Made by a program: the position numbers and the translations under genes. From positions 155,919 to 219,918 of IMG/VR virus record IMGVR_UViG_3300014206_000007: a DNA stretch of 64,000 nucleotides; one strand, given 5' to 3'. The notes beneath the pieces were generated by a model, which saw nothing but the letters and a program-made list of their open reading frames with translations, was not told where the DNA came from and ran no database searches. Shown here one piece after another: positions 39,895 through 48,535 of this stretch (the stretch's first letter is position 1; each line of letters starts with the position of its first letter). The DNA is from a virus. Lineage: Duplodnaviria > Caudoviricetes.

Positions 39895-39904
39895 ATAATA
39901 TATA
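39895..39904 (-). promoter_or_regulatory. Early-type promoter TATATATTAT
   Basis: Exact motif; another at 40159-40168. Confidence 0.6.
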
Positions 39905-39998
39905 CTCTATTATAAAATAAATCAAAAAAAAGAGATTGAATAATCTCTTTTTTATTTAAAATACATATTAAATATGTAATTATTTTCTCATAAGTTTA

Positions 39999-40127
39999 TT
40001 ATAATAATGCTATTATAATCATTAGTAAAACCCCGATAGTTGCAAAAGCCCATGAGAATGCATTAGATTTTTCACACTCATCAACCACTTTATTATAACC
40101 TCTTGCTATACTATTAGATTTTTTCAT
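39999..40127 (-). CDS. Small membrane protein (42 aa)
   Basis: GGAGG RBS, own promoter (40159-40168) and terminator (39925-39953); C-terminal TM. Confidence 0.6.
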   Translation of the reverse strand: MKKSNSIARGYNKVVDECEKSNAFSWAFATIGVLLMIIIALL

Positions 40128-40210
40128 TATATTACCTCCATTATTATATTCTATATTAATAATATATACATATATTTACATAAAATACGGTTTAATAATG
40201 AATATAATAT

Positions 40211-40567
40211 TTATTCCTTTAGCTGGATTACTAAGCGATTAGTATTTTTATCCCATGAAAAATTCTCAAATTTATCAGTGCGTAAATAATATAAAATGGG
40301 TATTCTTTGCTCATCTAATTCAGTTTGCATAAGAGCAAGTTGGTTTATAGGCTTCCCGTCTAACGGAATAAAATAATCTTGTACTCTATTTCCAGTATGC
40401 TCATTGGCATCTTTTTCAAAGTAAATCATAGTTCCAAATGTAGTATAAATCAATCCAGAATAATCCTTTGACCCAGTTGTTACATCATAGTCGACTCCAC
40501 TACTAAGTAATAATTGACCATCTTGAGAATATAAATTCTTTTTACAACGCATTTTTAATACTGACAT
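40211..40567 (-). CDS. Hypothetical protein
   Basis: GAGGGG RBS. Confidence 0.65.
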   Translation of the reverse strand: MSVLKMRCKKNLYSQDGQLLLSSGVDYDVTTGSKDYSGLIYTTFGTMIYFEKDANEHTGNRVQDYFIPLDGKPINQLALMQTELDEQRIPILYYLRTDKFENFSWDKNTNRLVIQLKE

Positions 40568-40607
40568 ACAAATACCCCTCTCTATCATATAATAACGAAT
40601 TGATTAA

Positions 40608-40637
40608 AAAAAGGAGTAGACTATTCTACTCCTTTTT
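40608..40637 (-). terminator. Intrinsic terminator
   Basis: AAAAAGGAGTAGA/TCTACTCCTTTTT. Confidence 0.75.
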
Positions 40638-40648
40638 ATTATTTATTA

Positions 40649-41509
40649 TTAAAACTCATCATCATATCCAATATCTTCCCTATCCTCATATAAGTTATTC
40701 TCCATAAGGATTAGAGTAGGATTATCAGAATTCAGACATCCATCAATATTTTTGACAAATTTAGTTAATACATTTTTAATGGCAATAGCCGTACATGCTT
40801 TTTCTTCCATAGTTGGTCGGATTGTAGGTACTTCATTTGGCTGAATTTCTACAATATATTCTACCGGATTTTCTAATACTGGAGTGCATACAAATGTTTC
40901 ATTAAATGTAAACCCGTTATCAGTACTATATGCCATTTTTCCATTCTTGATATTGATAATGATTTTTCCATCTTTAAATATTGTATTATTAAATGCTCTG
41001 AAGTAATCAAAAGTAGTATTACTTCTATATACGGCATTTGATAATTTATGGAATACATTATTTATCAAATTATTTATCATTATATATTGATATGAATGTT
41101 CGATAATTCTACGAATATTCATTATAGGATTAGCTTTATCGGCGGTTACAATACAATCAACTAGTAATTGTATGTGATCATTTGCAATCTTTGCAAGATT
41201 GTCAAAATTAAATGATTCTGCCCCTTTTTCAACATCTAACACATATTTCAAAGTATTTAAATCTGGTTTAAGCCTTCCGATAATAACATCTTCTCTTGGA
41301 AAAGTATTTGAAGTTCCGGCTAGAATAAATATAATATCACCCTCTGGAAGGGTAGATACTTCAAAACGTGGAAATTTCTTATTTCTATTATTAGAGTATA
41401 ATGTATCACGTAATCGGTAATTTAGACTACTGAGTAAGACATTAATGTCTATGATATACTCTAACGATGGTAATACTTCTTTAAGACTAAGTGCATTTGA
41501 TTTTTTCAT
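40649..41509 (-). CDS. Hypothetical protein (distant member of repeated-domain family)
   Basis: GGAGGG RBS; two-domain repeat-like layout. Confidence 0.7.
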   Translation of the reverse strand: MKKSNALSLKEVLPSLEYIIDINVLLSSLNYRLRDTLYSNNRNKKFPRFEVSTLPEGDIIFILAGTSNTFPREDVIIGRLKPDLNTLKYVLDVEKGAESFNFDNLAKIANDHIQLLVDCIVTADKANPIMNIRRIIEHSYQYIMINNLINNVFHKLSNAVYRSNTTFDYFRAFNNTIFKDGKIIINIKNGKMAYSTDNGFTFNETFVCTPVLENPVEYIVEIQPNEVPTIRPTMEEKACTAIAIKNVLTKFVKNIDGCLNSDNPTLILMENNLYEDREDIGYDDEF

Positions 41510-41553
41510 TAAATTTCCCTCCAATTTTTTTCTAAAAAAGAAAGAGTAGATAT

Positions 41554-42087
41554 CTACTCTTTCTCCAATTTCTTTTCTAACTCTTTTAGCTTATTAGCAA
41601 GTTTATTAACATACTTGCCTTTAATTTCTGATTTTAGAACTTTCTTATTGTCTTCGATATCTTCGTAGAAGTAGAAAATTTCATAATCGTCATCATCAAT
41701 ATCGAATACTTTTTCAACATTCTTTTTGATTTTCTTTGCATAGTGTTTATATGCCTTATTTTTAACAACGACAAATAAATTCACATCGCCACTATGCTGA
41801 ACCAATGCTTTCATTAATGCCATTGAAGCTACTTTAAATTCTTTTCCTTTAAAGAATTTATCTTCCATCTTTTTGAGTTTACCTTTATCAATTACATCTT
41901 CACCATCTTTTTCTCTGGCCTTTAATAACTTACTAGGTGGATTCATTCCTCCTAATGCTATTACATTTGCAAACTTTGTCAAGTTTCCAGTTTCATCATC
42001 AGTTGCATCAAATAAGATATAATCCTTTGGCTCAACAAATTTCTTTGCACTCTTTTTCCATTTTTTCTCACTAATTAAAAATATCAT
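41554..42087 (-). CDS. Lys-rich hypothetical protein
   Basis: AAAGGAG RBS before MIFLISEKKW; upstream in-frame extension overlaps tRNA-like RNA. Confidence 0.7.
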   Translation of the reverse strand: MIFLISEKKWKKSAKKFVEPKDYILFDATDDETGNLTKFANVIALGGMNPPSKLLKAREKDGEDVIDKGKLKKMEDKFFKGKEFKVASMALMKALVQHSGDVNLFVVVKNKAYKHYAKKIKKNVEKVFDIDDDDYEIFYFYEDIEDNKKVLKSEIKGKYVNKLANKLKELEKKLEKE

Positions 42088-42142
42088 ACCTATTTCTCCT
42101 TTTAATTTTATTTTTTTGTATTTGTGCACTATAATAATATAT

Positions 42143-42280
42143 CGTTGATAGTAGGATTTGAACCTACACGGGACTTTTACATCTTCCATATTTTCATACA
42201 GCCATAGTTAATTCTTTGACCAGCCAATTCTCATATTACATGAGGACGTCAGCAGTGTCTTCCAGTTTCACCATATCAAC
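42143..42280 (-). tRNA. tRNA-Leu-like RNA with expanded anticodon and variable arms (138 nt)
   Basis: Acceptor GTTGATA/TATCAAC; Leu-type D arm GTG-AAACTGGAAGA-CAC; T arm GTAGG-TTCAAAT-CCTAC; oversized central region; no encoded CCA. Confidence 0.65.
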
Positions 42281-42301
42281 GATACTTTAATATACTTGTA
42301 G

Positions 42302-42538
42302 TTAATGATCTATCATTTCACCATACAGAGTATTTAACTTTACTAGAGCTTTTTGTGCCTCACCATCTGATGAAGACCGATCATGTATATTCTCTAGAAT
42401 ATTCATATACCATTTATCAGCCAACTCTTTGCTGGAATACATCTTTTTAGTAATACCTAACACTTTAGTTCGGCTGGGTCCATCCAATTCCAATAATGCA
42501 AATATATATTTATCCGCATCAGTTTTAAAATACTTCAT
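42302..42538 (-). CDS. J-domain-like small protein (HPD motif absent)
   Basis: VLGIT..KWY..I...IHDR....A..A..KLN.LY..M follows J-domain helix pattern. Confidence 0.45.
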   Translation of the reverse strand: MKYFKTDADKYIFALLELDGPSRTKVLGITKKMYSSKELADKWYMNILENIHDRSSSDGEAQKALVKLNTLYGEMIDH

Positions 42539-42550
42539 ACTCATCACTCC

Positions 42551-43060
42551 CTACTCAATTAATGTTGCACTATTAAAGTCGGGCATTTCGAGTTTATTTA
42601 ACATAGTTATTACTTTATTTTCCATATTTTCTAAGTCAACATTCATTCGTCTTCTTATATCCATAACACTATATCGTGTTTTACAATCAGAATTGCTACA
42701 TATAAATCCTGTATAATTCGTATTGTACCTTAATGATCCTTTACATTTAGGGCAAGTTAATGCACTTTCTTGACCTTTATTAGGATATAAATATCCATAA
42801 TCAAGAATTACTATATCATCATTGTCACGATAACCCCAGTTATAATAATTCTTTAAATTATAACCGATATCATCAAAGATATAAGCTCTACTTATATCTT
42901 TTAATATAGACTTTATAGCTTCCTCATTTGCCGTAAATTGATCATGGTCAAATACATTGACATATTCACATATTAGTATTAACATATTACATTCATATGC
43001 TTTTGTTAAATATTCTGGAAGTTCAATACTTCTTTTATATTCAGTAAAATTGTCAACTTG
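42551..43060 (-). CDS. Protein-kinase-like gene, exon 2 (C-lobe plus Zn ribbon)
   Basis: QVDNFTE (alphaC Glu), ICEYV hinge, DDIG....NWG catalytic loop, ILDYGY, CPKC..CSNSDC. Confidence 0.75.
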   Translation of the reverse strand, partial: QVDNFTEYKRSIELPEYLTKAYECNMLILICEYVNVFDHDQFTANEEAIKSILKDISRAYIFDDIGYNLKNYYNWGYRDNDDIVILDYGYLYPNKGQESALTCPKCKGSLRYNTNYTGFICSNSDCKTRYSVMDIRRRMNVDLENMENKVITMLNKLEMPDFNSATLIE

Positions 43061-44477
43061 CGTCATTTTCATATAGATTCGTTAAATCTATACAGTTCTT
43101 TTATGAACTTCCCTATCTCTCAATAGGATACAAGACTATATCTTCCTTAATATATACTTTTACCATATATATTTAAAGCCCCATGTTTCCATTTAAAGGA
43201 ATTACTATAGACTAATATCATCTATAAACCTACCACTTGGCTGTACTCTACTCATTTCGTGTATTATTTTCATAATACCTTATTTTCAATCCATCTACAC
43301 AATTAAGTGTATTTACATATTTCTATGAATATGGATGTCTAACTTTGGATAGTCGTTGAACTCATTTATTTGATTTATTTATTTTATATAATTTTGATAT
43401 GGATTTTCGCACATTTCCATATTTTATATCACATACATATTTTAATGGTACATTTGTTATTTTTTCTATTTGTAATGGAGTAATATTCTTTTCTAATAAT
43501 TGACATACTTTATGAATAATATCATTACTATATTTATATTTATTTTCAAAGTATTTATCAAAATTATATTTAGAAGATATATCTTTCCAAAATTTTGTTC
43601 CATACACTAAATGATGACATAATTCTTTTATAGTTGATAAAGATATATTTTTATTAGAAAATTTATTATATATTTCTTTAGGTAATGCTCCATTTTCTAA
43701 TAATTTACATATCAATTCTATTTCATCATTATTCCATAAATTTTTCCTAGTCTTAATTATATTTATGGCATGACGTGTATTTTCTAATGGAGTGGTTTCT
43801 TCTAAATTATCAAACCAATTATTCCATGGCCTTCCATCTAAATGATTTATGTGATATTCATTTTTAATTTCATTATTTGACCATGTATAATATACTAGCC
43901 TATGAATAAATATAGTATATCGAATATTATTATCATCATATAAGGATATTATATGATATCCTCCTTTTTTAATTTTATGATGTAATATTATTCGTTTTGA
44001 TTTAGAATAGATTACTCCATTTTTTGTAATATAATATCGACTAAAATTATTTATTTTTCTAAATCCATATGCTTCGATATTTTGTTCAAAATTATTTGGG
44101 ATTAAATAATAAATATTTTTTCGTGATACATTATTATCATTACCATCCTTATATAAAATATCAAATATAAATTGACCACAAAAAGTATATGCCATAATAG
44201 TTGCTAATTGATATTTATTAAATTTTATAGTTATATTTTTTAATGTTATGAAATCATAAATATTACATTCTTTATCAATATAATAATTTTCATTATTATA
44301 TTCCGTGGGATATAATTTATTTATATTATCACCACCTATATTAATATTGTGCGAATAAATCAAATAAACTAGCTGCGTGATTGACTCTATTCAATACCTT
44401 GTTACTTAATATATTAAGTAGTATTGACTTAACGAGTTCGTCCCCGCAATTAATGGGGTTACGAGGCCTAATTGTTA
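43061..44477 (-). mobile_element. Group I intron (1417 nt)
   Basis: P1: exon CGAGGU pairs with intron GCCUCG, U.G at 5' splice site; R element GTTCAACGACTA (~43350-43361); S element AAGATATAGTC (~43134-43144); ends in G at 43061; splicing restores frame. Confidence 0.88.
43362..44363 (-). CDS. Intron-encoded HNH homing endonuclease (NUMOD4-HNH with HTH repeats)
   Basis: YYITKNGVIYS; IHRLVYYTW..INHLDGRPWNNWFDNLEETTPLENTRHA; two C-terminal helical repeats; start uncertain. Confidence 0.85.
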   Translation of the reverse strand: MIYSHNINIGGDNINKLYPTEYNNENYYIDKECNIYDFITLKNITIKFNKYQLATIMAYTFCGQFIFDILYKDGNDNNVSRKNIYYLIPNNFEQNIEAYGFRKINNFSRYYITKNGVIYSKSKRIILHHKIKKGGYHIISLYDDNNIRYTIFIHRLVYYTWSNNEIKNEYHINHLDGRPWNNWFDNLEETTPLENTRHAINIIKTRKNLWNNDEIELICKLLENGALPKEIYNKFSNKNISLSTIKELCHHLVYGTKFWKDISSKYNFDKYFENKYKYSNDIIHKVCQLLEKNITPLQIEKITNVPLKYVCDIKYGNVRKSISKLYKINKSNK

Positions 44478-44720
44478 ACCTCGATAATCTAAAGCTATTT
44501 TCACTACAAACCCATTATAATGAAAAGCAATTCTATTAGTTCCAGTTCCCAATTCATGGAAATCTGGACCTAATATTTCTTTTATCATTTCTGCTTTTTC
44601 ATTATTATCTGGAATATCAACTCTGCATGAGTGATAGTGTAATTTCTTTAACATTTCTTTTGAGAAGAAATGATTAATTAGAAATTTCTTATTGTCATCT
44701 TGTAAACGTGGTAATGCCAT
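44478..44720 (-). CDS. Protein-kinase-like gene, exon 1 (N-lobe)
   Basis: AAGGAGG RBS; ELGTGTNRIAF (Gly loop) ..VVKIA (catalytic Lys); apparent TAA stop is the first intron triplet. Confidence 0.75.
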
Positions 44721-44737
44721 TTTTGCTACCTCCTTTA

Positions 44738-45832
44738 TTATTCGTCATCATCGCTTTTATAGATATCACTCAATTTAAAATTAATTGAATTTCCTTTATT
44801 TGCAAATGATATTTTATTTTTTAACAATATTCTTTCGAGACTTGAATCTGCATCACTTTGTCTTTCTAGTCTTCTCTTTTCGTCTTTGCTTTTCTTTTTC
44901 CACTTTTTCAATTCTTTCTTAGTCATAGGTCCGCCGTCATATGCACCTAATTGTCTTCTAAGAAGTTTAACTGCGGTTCTATCCATGCTCTTCGATTTAG
45001 CTCCAATTAAATCTATACCATTTTCATATAATTCTTTTAATAATTCAATCTGAGCAACTTCAGCACGTTTTACATATCTACCATTAACTATTATTGGGGT
45101 ATTTGACATCAATGCATCATCCATTAATTCATCTGGAATTAATAATGAGTCTTCTGCTTCTTTGTAGATTTCACTGATAGATTTCTCTTTATAGATACCA
45201 TCTTCACTATATCCACCTCTATTAACTTGATTGAAGTATTCTATAATGAAATCAGTTCCTCTATTATTGCCAACTGTACTATACAAATTCTTTCGTCTAG
45301 TTTTAGCAGAAATTTCTTCTTTCATCTTTTTAAGAATCTTTCTACTTTCTTTTCCAGGCTTTTCAAATGCCGCATCTTCAGTAATATCTTTTCCAAATTC
45401 ATTCGGAAAAGTTTCTCGTGCGATTTTAAGTATATCGATATCATTATCGACTGCTTCATTATACTTTCTAGATGGTATTACTCCAGCCCTTAGATATTCT
45501 TTATTTTTTCTATTTTTCTTTAAGCGTGGTCTAGGTGGAAGAATCTCATCTAGCATTCCTACTTTATAACTATTTTTTATTAATGACCAACTTCCGTATT
45601 TATCAATAAGTAATTCTATATATTCATTATACAGATTTATTGCATCTATATAATCAAAATAATTTGAATATTTACGTCGTATTGATTTCGCCTTCATTAT
45701 AAGTGGGTCATTAGATACACCTTTAGAATAATAATCCTCTCCAAAATCATTAATCATTGGGTTAAATAAATATTCCGGAAATATGTTATCAGGTGAACTT
45801 GCGACAAACTCTAATTCGTCATTATAAGTCAT
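44738..45832 (-). CDS. Hypothetical protein
   Basis: 364 aa, AAAGGA RBS, early-type promoter 45890-45899. Confidence 0.75.
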   Translation of the reverse strand: MTYNDELEFVASSPDNIFPEYLFNPMINDFGEDYYSKGVSNDPLIMKAKSIRRKYSNYFDYIDAINLYNEYIELLIDKYGSWSLIKNSYKVGMLDEILPPRPRLKKNRKNKEYLRAGVIPSRKYNEAVDNDIDILKIARETFPNEFGKDITEDAAFEKPGKESRKILKKMKEEISAKTRRKNLYSTVGNNRGTDFIIEYFNQVNRGGYSEDGIYKEKSISEIYKEAEDSLLIPDELMDDALMSNTPIIVNGRYVKRAEVAQIELLKELYENGIDLIGAKSKSMDRTAVKLLRRQLGAYDGGPMTKKELKKWKKKSKDEKRRLERQSDADSSLERILLKNKISFANKGNSINFKLSDIYKSDDDE

Positions 45833-45889
45833 ATTTCATCTCATCCTTTCATTGCAATCTTTTAATTTTACTTGCTTTATACTGAATAA

Positions 45890-45899
45890 ATAATATATA
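45890..45899 (-). promoter_or_regulatory. Early-type promoter TATATATTAT
   Basis: Exact motif heading the kinase operon. Confidence 0.6.
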
Positions 45900-46006
45900 T
45901 TTATAAAGAATATTTATCAGTATATCTATACGCTAATATGTACTGATGATTATAGAATATAAAACAGTATACTCTTATACCTATAATATATTGACATAAA
46001 AAGATA

Positions 46007-46055
46007 TAAATGATAACTTAATTTGTGATATAAATACAAATTAAGTTATCATTTA
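46007..46055 (-). terminator. Terminator hairpin
   Basis: 20-bp perfect inverted repeat abutting stop codon. Confidence 0.7.
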
Positions 46056-46532
46056 TTATACATTATCCAATTCTTCAGCTTCATATTCATATAGATCGTA
46101 TATGTATTTTATATAAAATTCATTAAAGTTTTTTAGACTATCCTTAAAAGATTTCACAAGATATAATGTTATTTTATCTAATACTTCTTTAATGTCATCA
46201 TTACTAGTTATCTTATTCTCAGGTATACTAATAACGATATAATTTCTCGAAACGATTTCGATACTATTTTCTTCATTTGTTAAAATTAAGAATAACCCTA
46301 ATAGAGGGTCTAATGATTCCGTCTTACATAATAGTCCAACTGCCAATTGTCCACTGGCGATACTATTTCTATTTCTAGTATTTTTAGGATAAGTGCGATT
46401 TAAATTTCTTAAAATATCTGCTATCGATAAATCTGTTACATCTAAATCTATTTGAGCATAAGTCACATCTTCGATTTCTTCTGGTAAGAATGACTTAATA
46501 AATTCTTGTTTTGTCATAATCATATGAATCAC
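46056..46532 (-). CDS. Hypothetical protein
   Basis: GAGGTG RBS; start uncertain. Confidence 0.65.
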   Translation of the reverse strand: MIHMIMTKQEFIKSFLPEEIEDVTYAQIDLDVTDLSIADILRNLNRTYPKNTRNRNSIASGQLAVGLLCKTESLDPLLGLFLILTNEENSIEIVSRNYIVISIPENKITSNDDIKEVLDKITLYLVKSFKDSLKNFNEFYIKYIYDLYEYEAEELDNV

Positions 46533-46658
46533 CTCATTTTTTTAAATTTAAAAATATTTAGAGATACGTTATCTCTAAACTAAATATTTATATTTTATGT
46601 TAGTATAAAATAATTATAATTAAAAAATATAAGAATATGCTGCTGCATATTCTTATAA

Positions 46659-46952
46659 TTATCCCCCATTGATAGATGATGTGCTATCCAATATTTTGTA
46701 TGTTCCATCATCAGTGAGTTCAAATAGACCATATTGACCACAAACCTTTTCGTTAACTTTACTTGATATAAGAGTTTCATATGAATTACTTGGATTATCT
46801 GATTTGATTAGTTTAGCATTTTTTTCATATTCTTTTCTATATCTAATAAATTCATTGAATGCGTCTGATAACGAGCCGTTAAAATCATCAGGTAAAATGA
46901 ATGTTAGGTCTTTAATCAATAATATTTTTTTTGGTAAAGCCACATAAACCAC
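46659..46952 (-). CDS. Hypothetical protein
   Basis: AAGGGG RBS region; 97 aa. Confidence 0.55.
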   Translation of the reverse strand: MVYVALPKKILLIKDLTFILPDDFNGSLSDAFNEFIRYRKEYEKNAKLIKSDNPSNSYETLISSKVNEKVCGQYGLFELTDDGTYKILDSTSSINGG

Positions 46953-46974
46953 CCCTTGTATGCAATTGTGGATC

Positions 46975-47670
46975 TTATTCTTCTGATAGGGAACTTAATA
47001 CTTTACCCCATTCTTCAGGAATTTCAGGGAATTTAAATCCATCAACTTCAATGTATACATATTCGGGGTCTAGTACATCAGACATTACATCTCCGCATTT
47101 TAAACTTAAATTTACCTTTAATTCTATTTTTTGTTTAATATTGTCTGGAATAAATTCTTCATATTCATCATAGAATTCACCATAGTTTTGATAAATATAC
47201 TGTAATGGTAAAAAGATTTTATCATTACCAACTAATTCATGAATTGTCTTAGATAATGGTACTAATCCAATTTTTTCGTCATAATGTAACATCATAACTT
47301 CATCGGATATTAAGTATGGATTAATTGGTTGAGATAAATCTTCAAATTTAGTTAATACAATATCACATATATCAAATAATGTAAATGGTTCATGGTGCAT
47401 TTCTATACTATATCTTTTACCATTTCCAGATCGTATATTTTTTAAAATGCTACATCGATTCATATCTAAGTGAGTCTTGAGAAACTTCATATATTCTTTA
47501 TATTCATCACTTTTTCTAATAATAGATTCACATGTTTTTATGAATTTTACTCTGTCCTTATTATTTTTAAAAACGTATTTAGGTCTTTCTGGCAATTCTT
47601 CAATCTCCATCTTTACTGTTTTTGATGGTCTTTCGACTGAATTACTACTGTTATTCTTATATAAAATCAT
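46975..47670 (-). CDS. HNH-like protein (paralog of 37870-38505)
   Basis: C..IEMHHEPFTLFDI..H..LVPLSKTIHELV. Confidence 0.55.
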   Translation of the reverse strand: MILYKNNSSNSVERPSKTVKMEIEELPERPKYVFKNNKDRVKFIKTCESIIRKSDEYKEYMKFLKTHLDMNRCSILKNIRSGNGKRYSIEMHHEPFTLFDICDIVLTKFEDLSQPINPYLISDEVMMLHYDEKIGLVPLSKTIHELVGNDKIFLPLQYIYQNYGEFYDEYEEFIPDNIKQKIELKVNLSLKCGDVMSDVLDPEYVYIEVDGFKFPEIPEEWGKVLSSLSEE

Positions 47671-48409
47671 TATATTTCACCTCTCCTAATCTAGATAATA
47701 TAGTTTGCTTGCAGAAGAGATATTCTTCAACACTCAAGAACGAATGTACTTTAAGCTTATTATGATATTTATTATCTATTGATACTATTTGATTATAATT
47801 TAACCCTCCATACAATGTTGAATTATAAGGTATATGAATTTCATCAATTGATATATCGTTATAAAGCAATTCTATTTTTTCTGGAGTCATGTATTGTGAA
47901 AAATACATAGTCTTAGTACCATCTTTTATAATAATATCATAATAATTTCGGTCATTATTCGCATTTGACGGAATAAATGTAATCAATATGAAAGTCTCAT
48001 AATTATAATAACTTGATGAATTATAGTAATACAAATTATTATATACTGGAGAAATACCTATTGACAATTGATCTACTCTAATTTGTGCGTTTTCAAATTC
48101 TGCAGATGTTGACATTGGTGGGCTTAGTGGGAACACCCATTTTGCATTTGGTTTAATATTTTTTATTTTCATGTATAAATTAAAAATGTCAGATATAAAT
48201 AATACATCTAACGATGGAACTATAAAATATATTTGATTGTATGTTATTAATTTGCTTATCTTATATGCGTCAATAAATGACTCAGGAGTTAAAAGGACCA
48301 TTATTAATGTGCCATGTGATTCGTCAGTAATTCCGTATAATGTAGAGACATATTTACTGTCTATTGGCTGTTTAAAAAGTCCTAAATATCCAGATACAAT
48401 ATTTGCCAT
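47657..48409 (-). CDS. Degenerate metallo-beta-lactamase-fold protein
   Basis: Layout IYFIVPSLDVLFISD / YDIIIKDGTKTMYFSQY / LKVHS parallels MBL strands without HxHxDH; AAGGAGG RBS; AACA-N6-TA at 48437-48448. Confidence 0.35.
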   Translation of the reverse strand: MANIVSGYLGLFKQPIDSKYVSTLYGITDESHGTLIMVLLTPESFIDAYKISKLITYNQIYFIVPSLDVLFISDIFNLYMKIKNIKPNAKWVFPLSPPMSTSAEFENAQIRVDQLSIGISPVYNNLYYYNSSSYYNYETFILITFIPSNANNDRNYYDIIIKDGTKTMYFSQYMTPEKIELLYNDISIDEIHIPYNSTLYGGLNYNQIVSIDNKYHNKLKVHSFLSVEEYLFCKQTILSRLGEVKYNDFI

Positions 48410-48535
48410 ACTTTTTGCCTCCTTAGGAAACTTCATTACTAAAATGTTTAATTTATTTTTAACTTATTTTAAGCTCAAAAACAACGTTTATAATAAATTA
48501 ATTTTTAAATAAATGAAAGAAAGGGTGAAAAATAA

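Noticed and set aside
42088-42189. N-terminal extension of ORF 41554-42189
   Set aside because: Overlaps the tRNA-like RNA; strong RBS sits before the ATG at 42087
42200-42260. HDV/theta-ribozyme-like UCCUC and GGCUGG words inside the tRNA-like RNA
   Set aside because: No consistent P1/P2 nested pseudoknot could be built
43061-43072. ATG start for ORF 42551-43072 as an independent gene
   Set aside because: Lies in the intron 3' end, has no RBS, and the product would lack the kinase N-lobe
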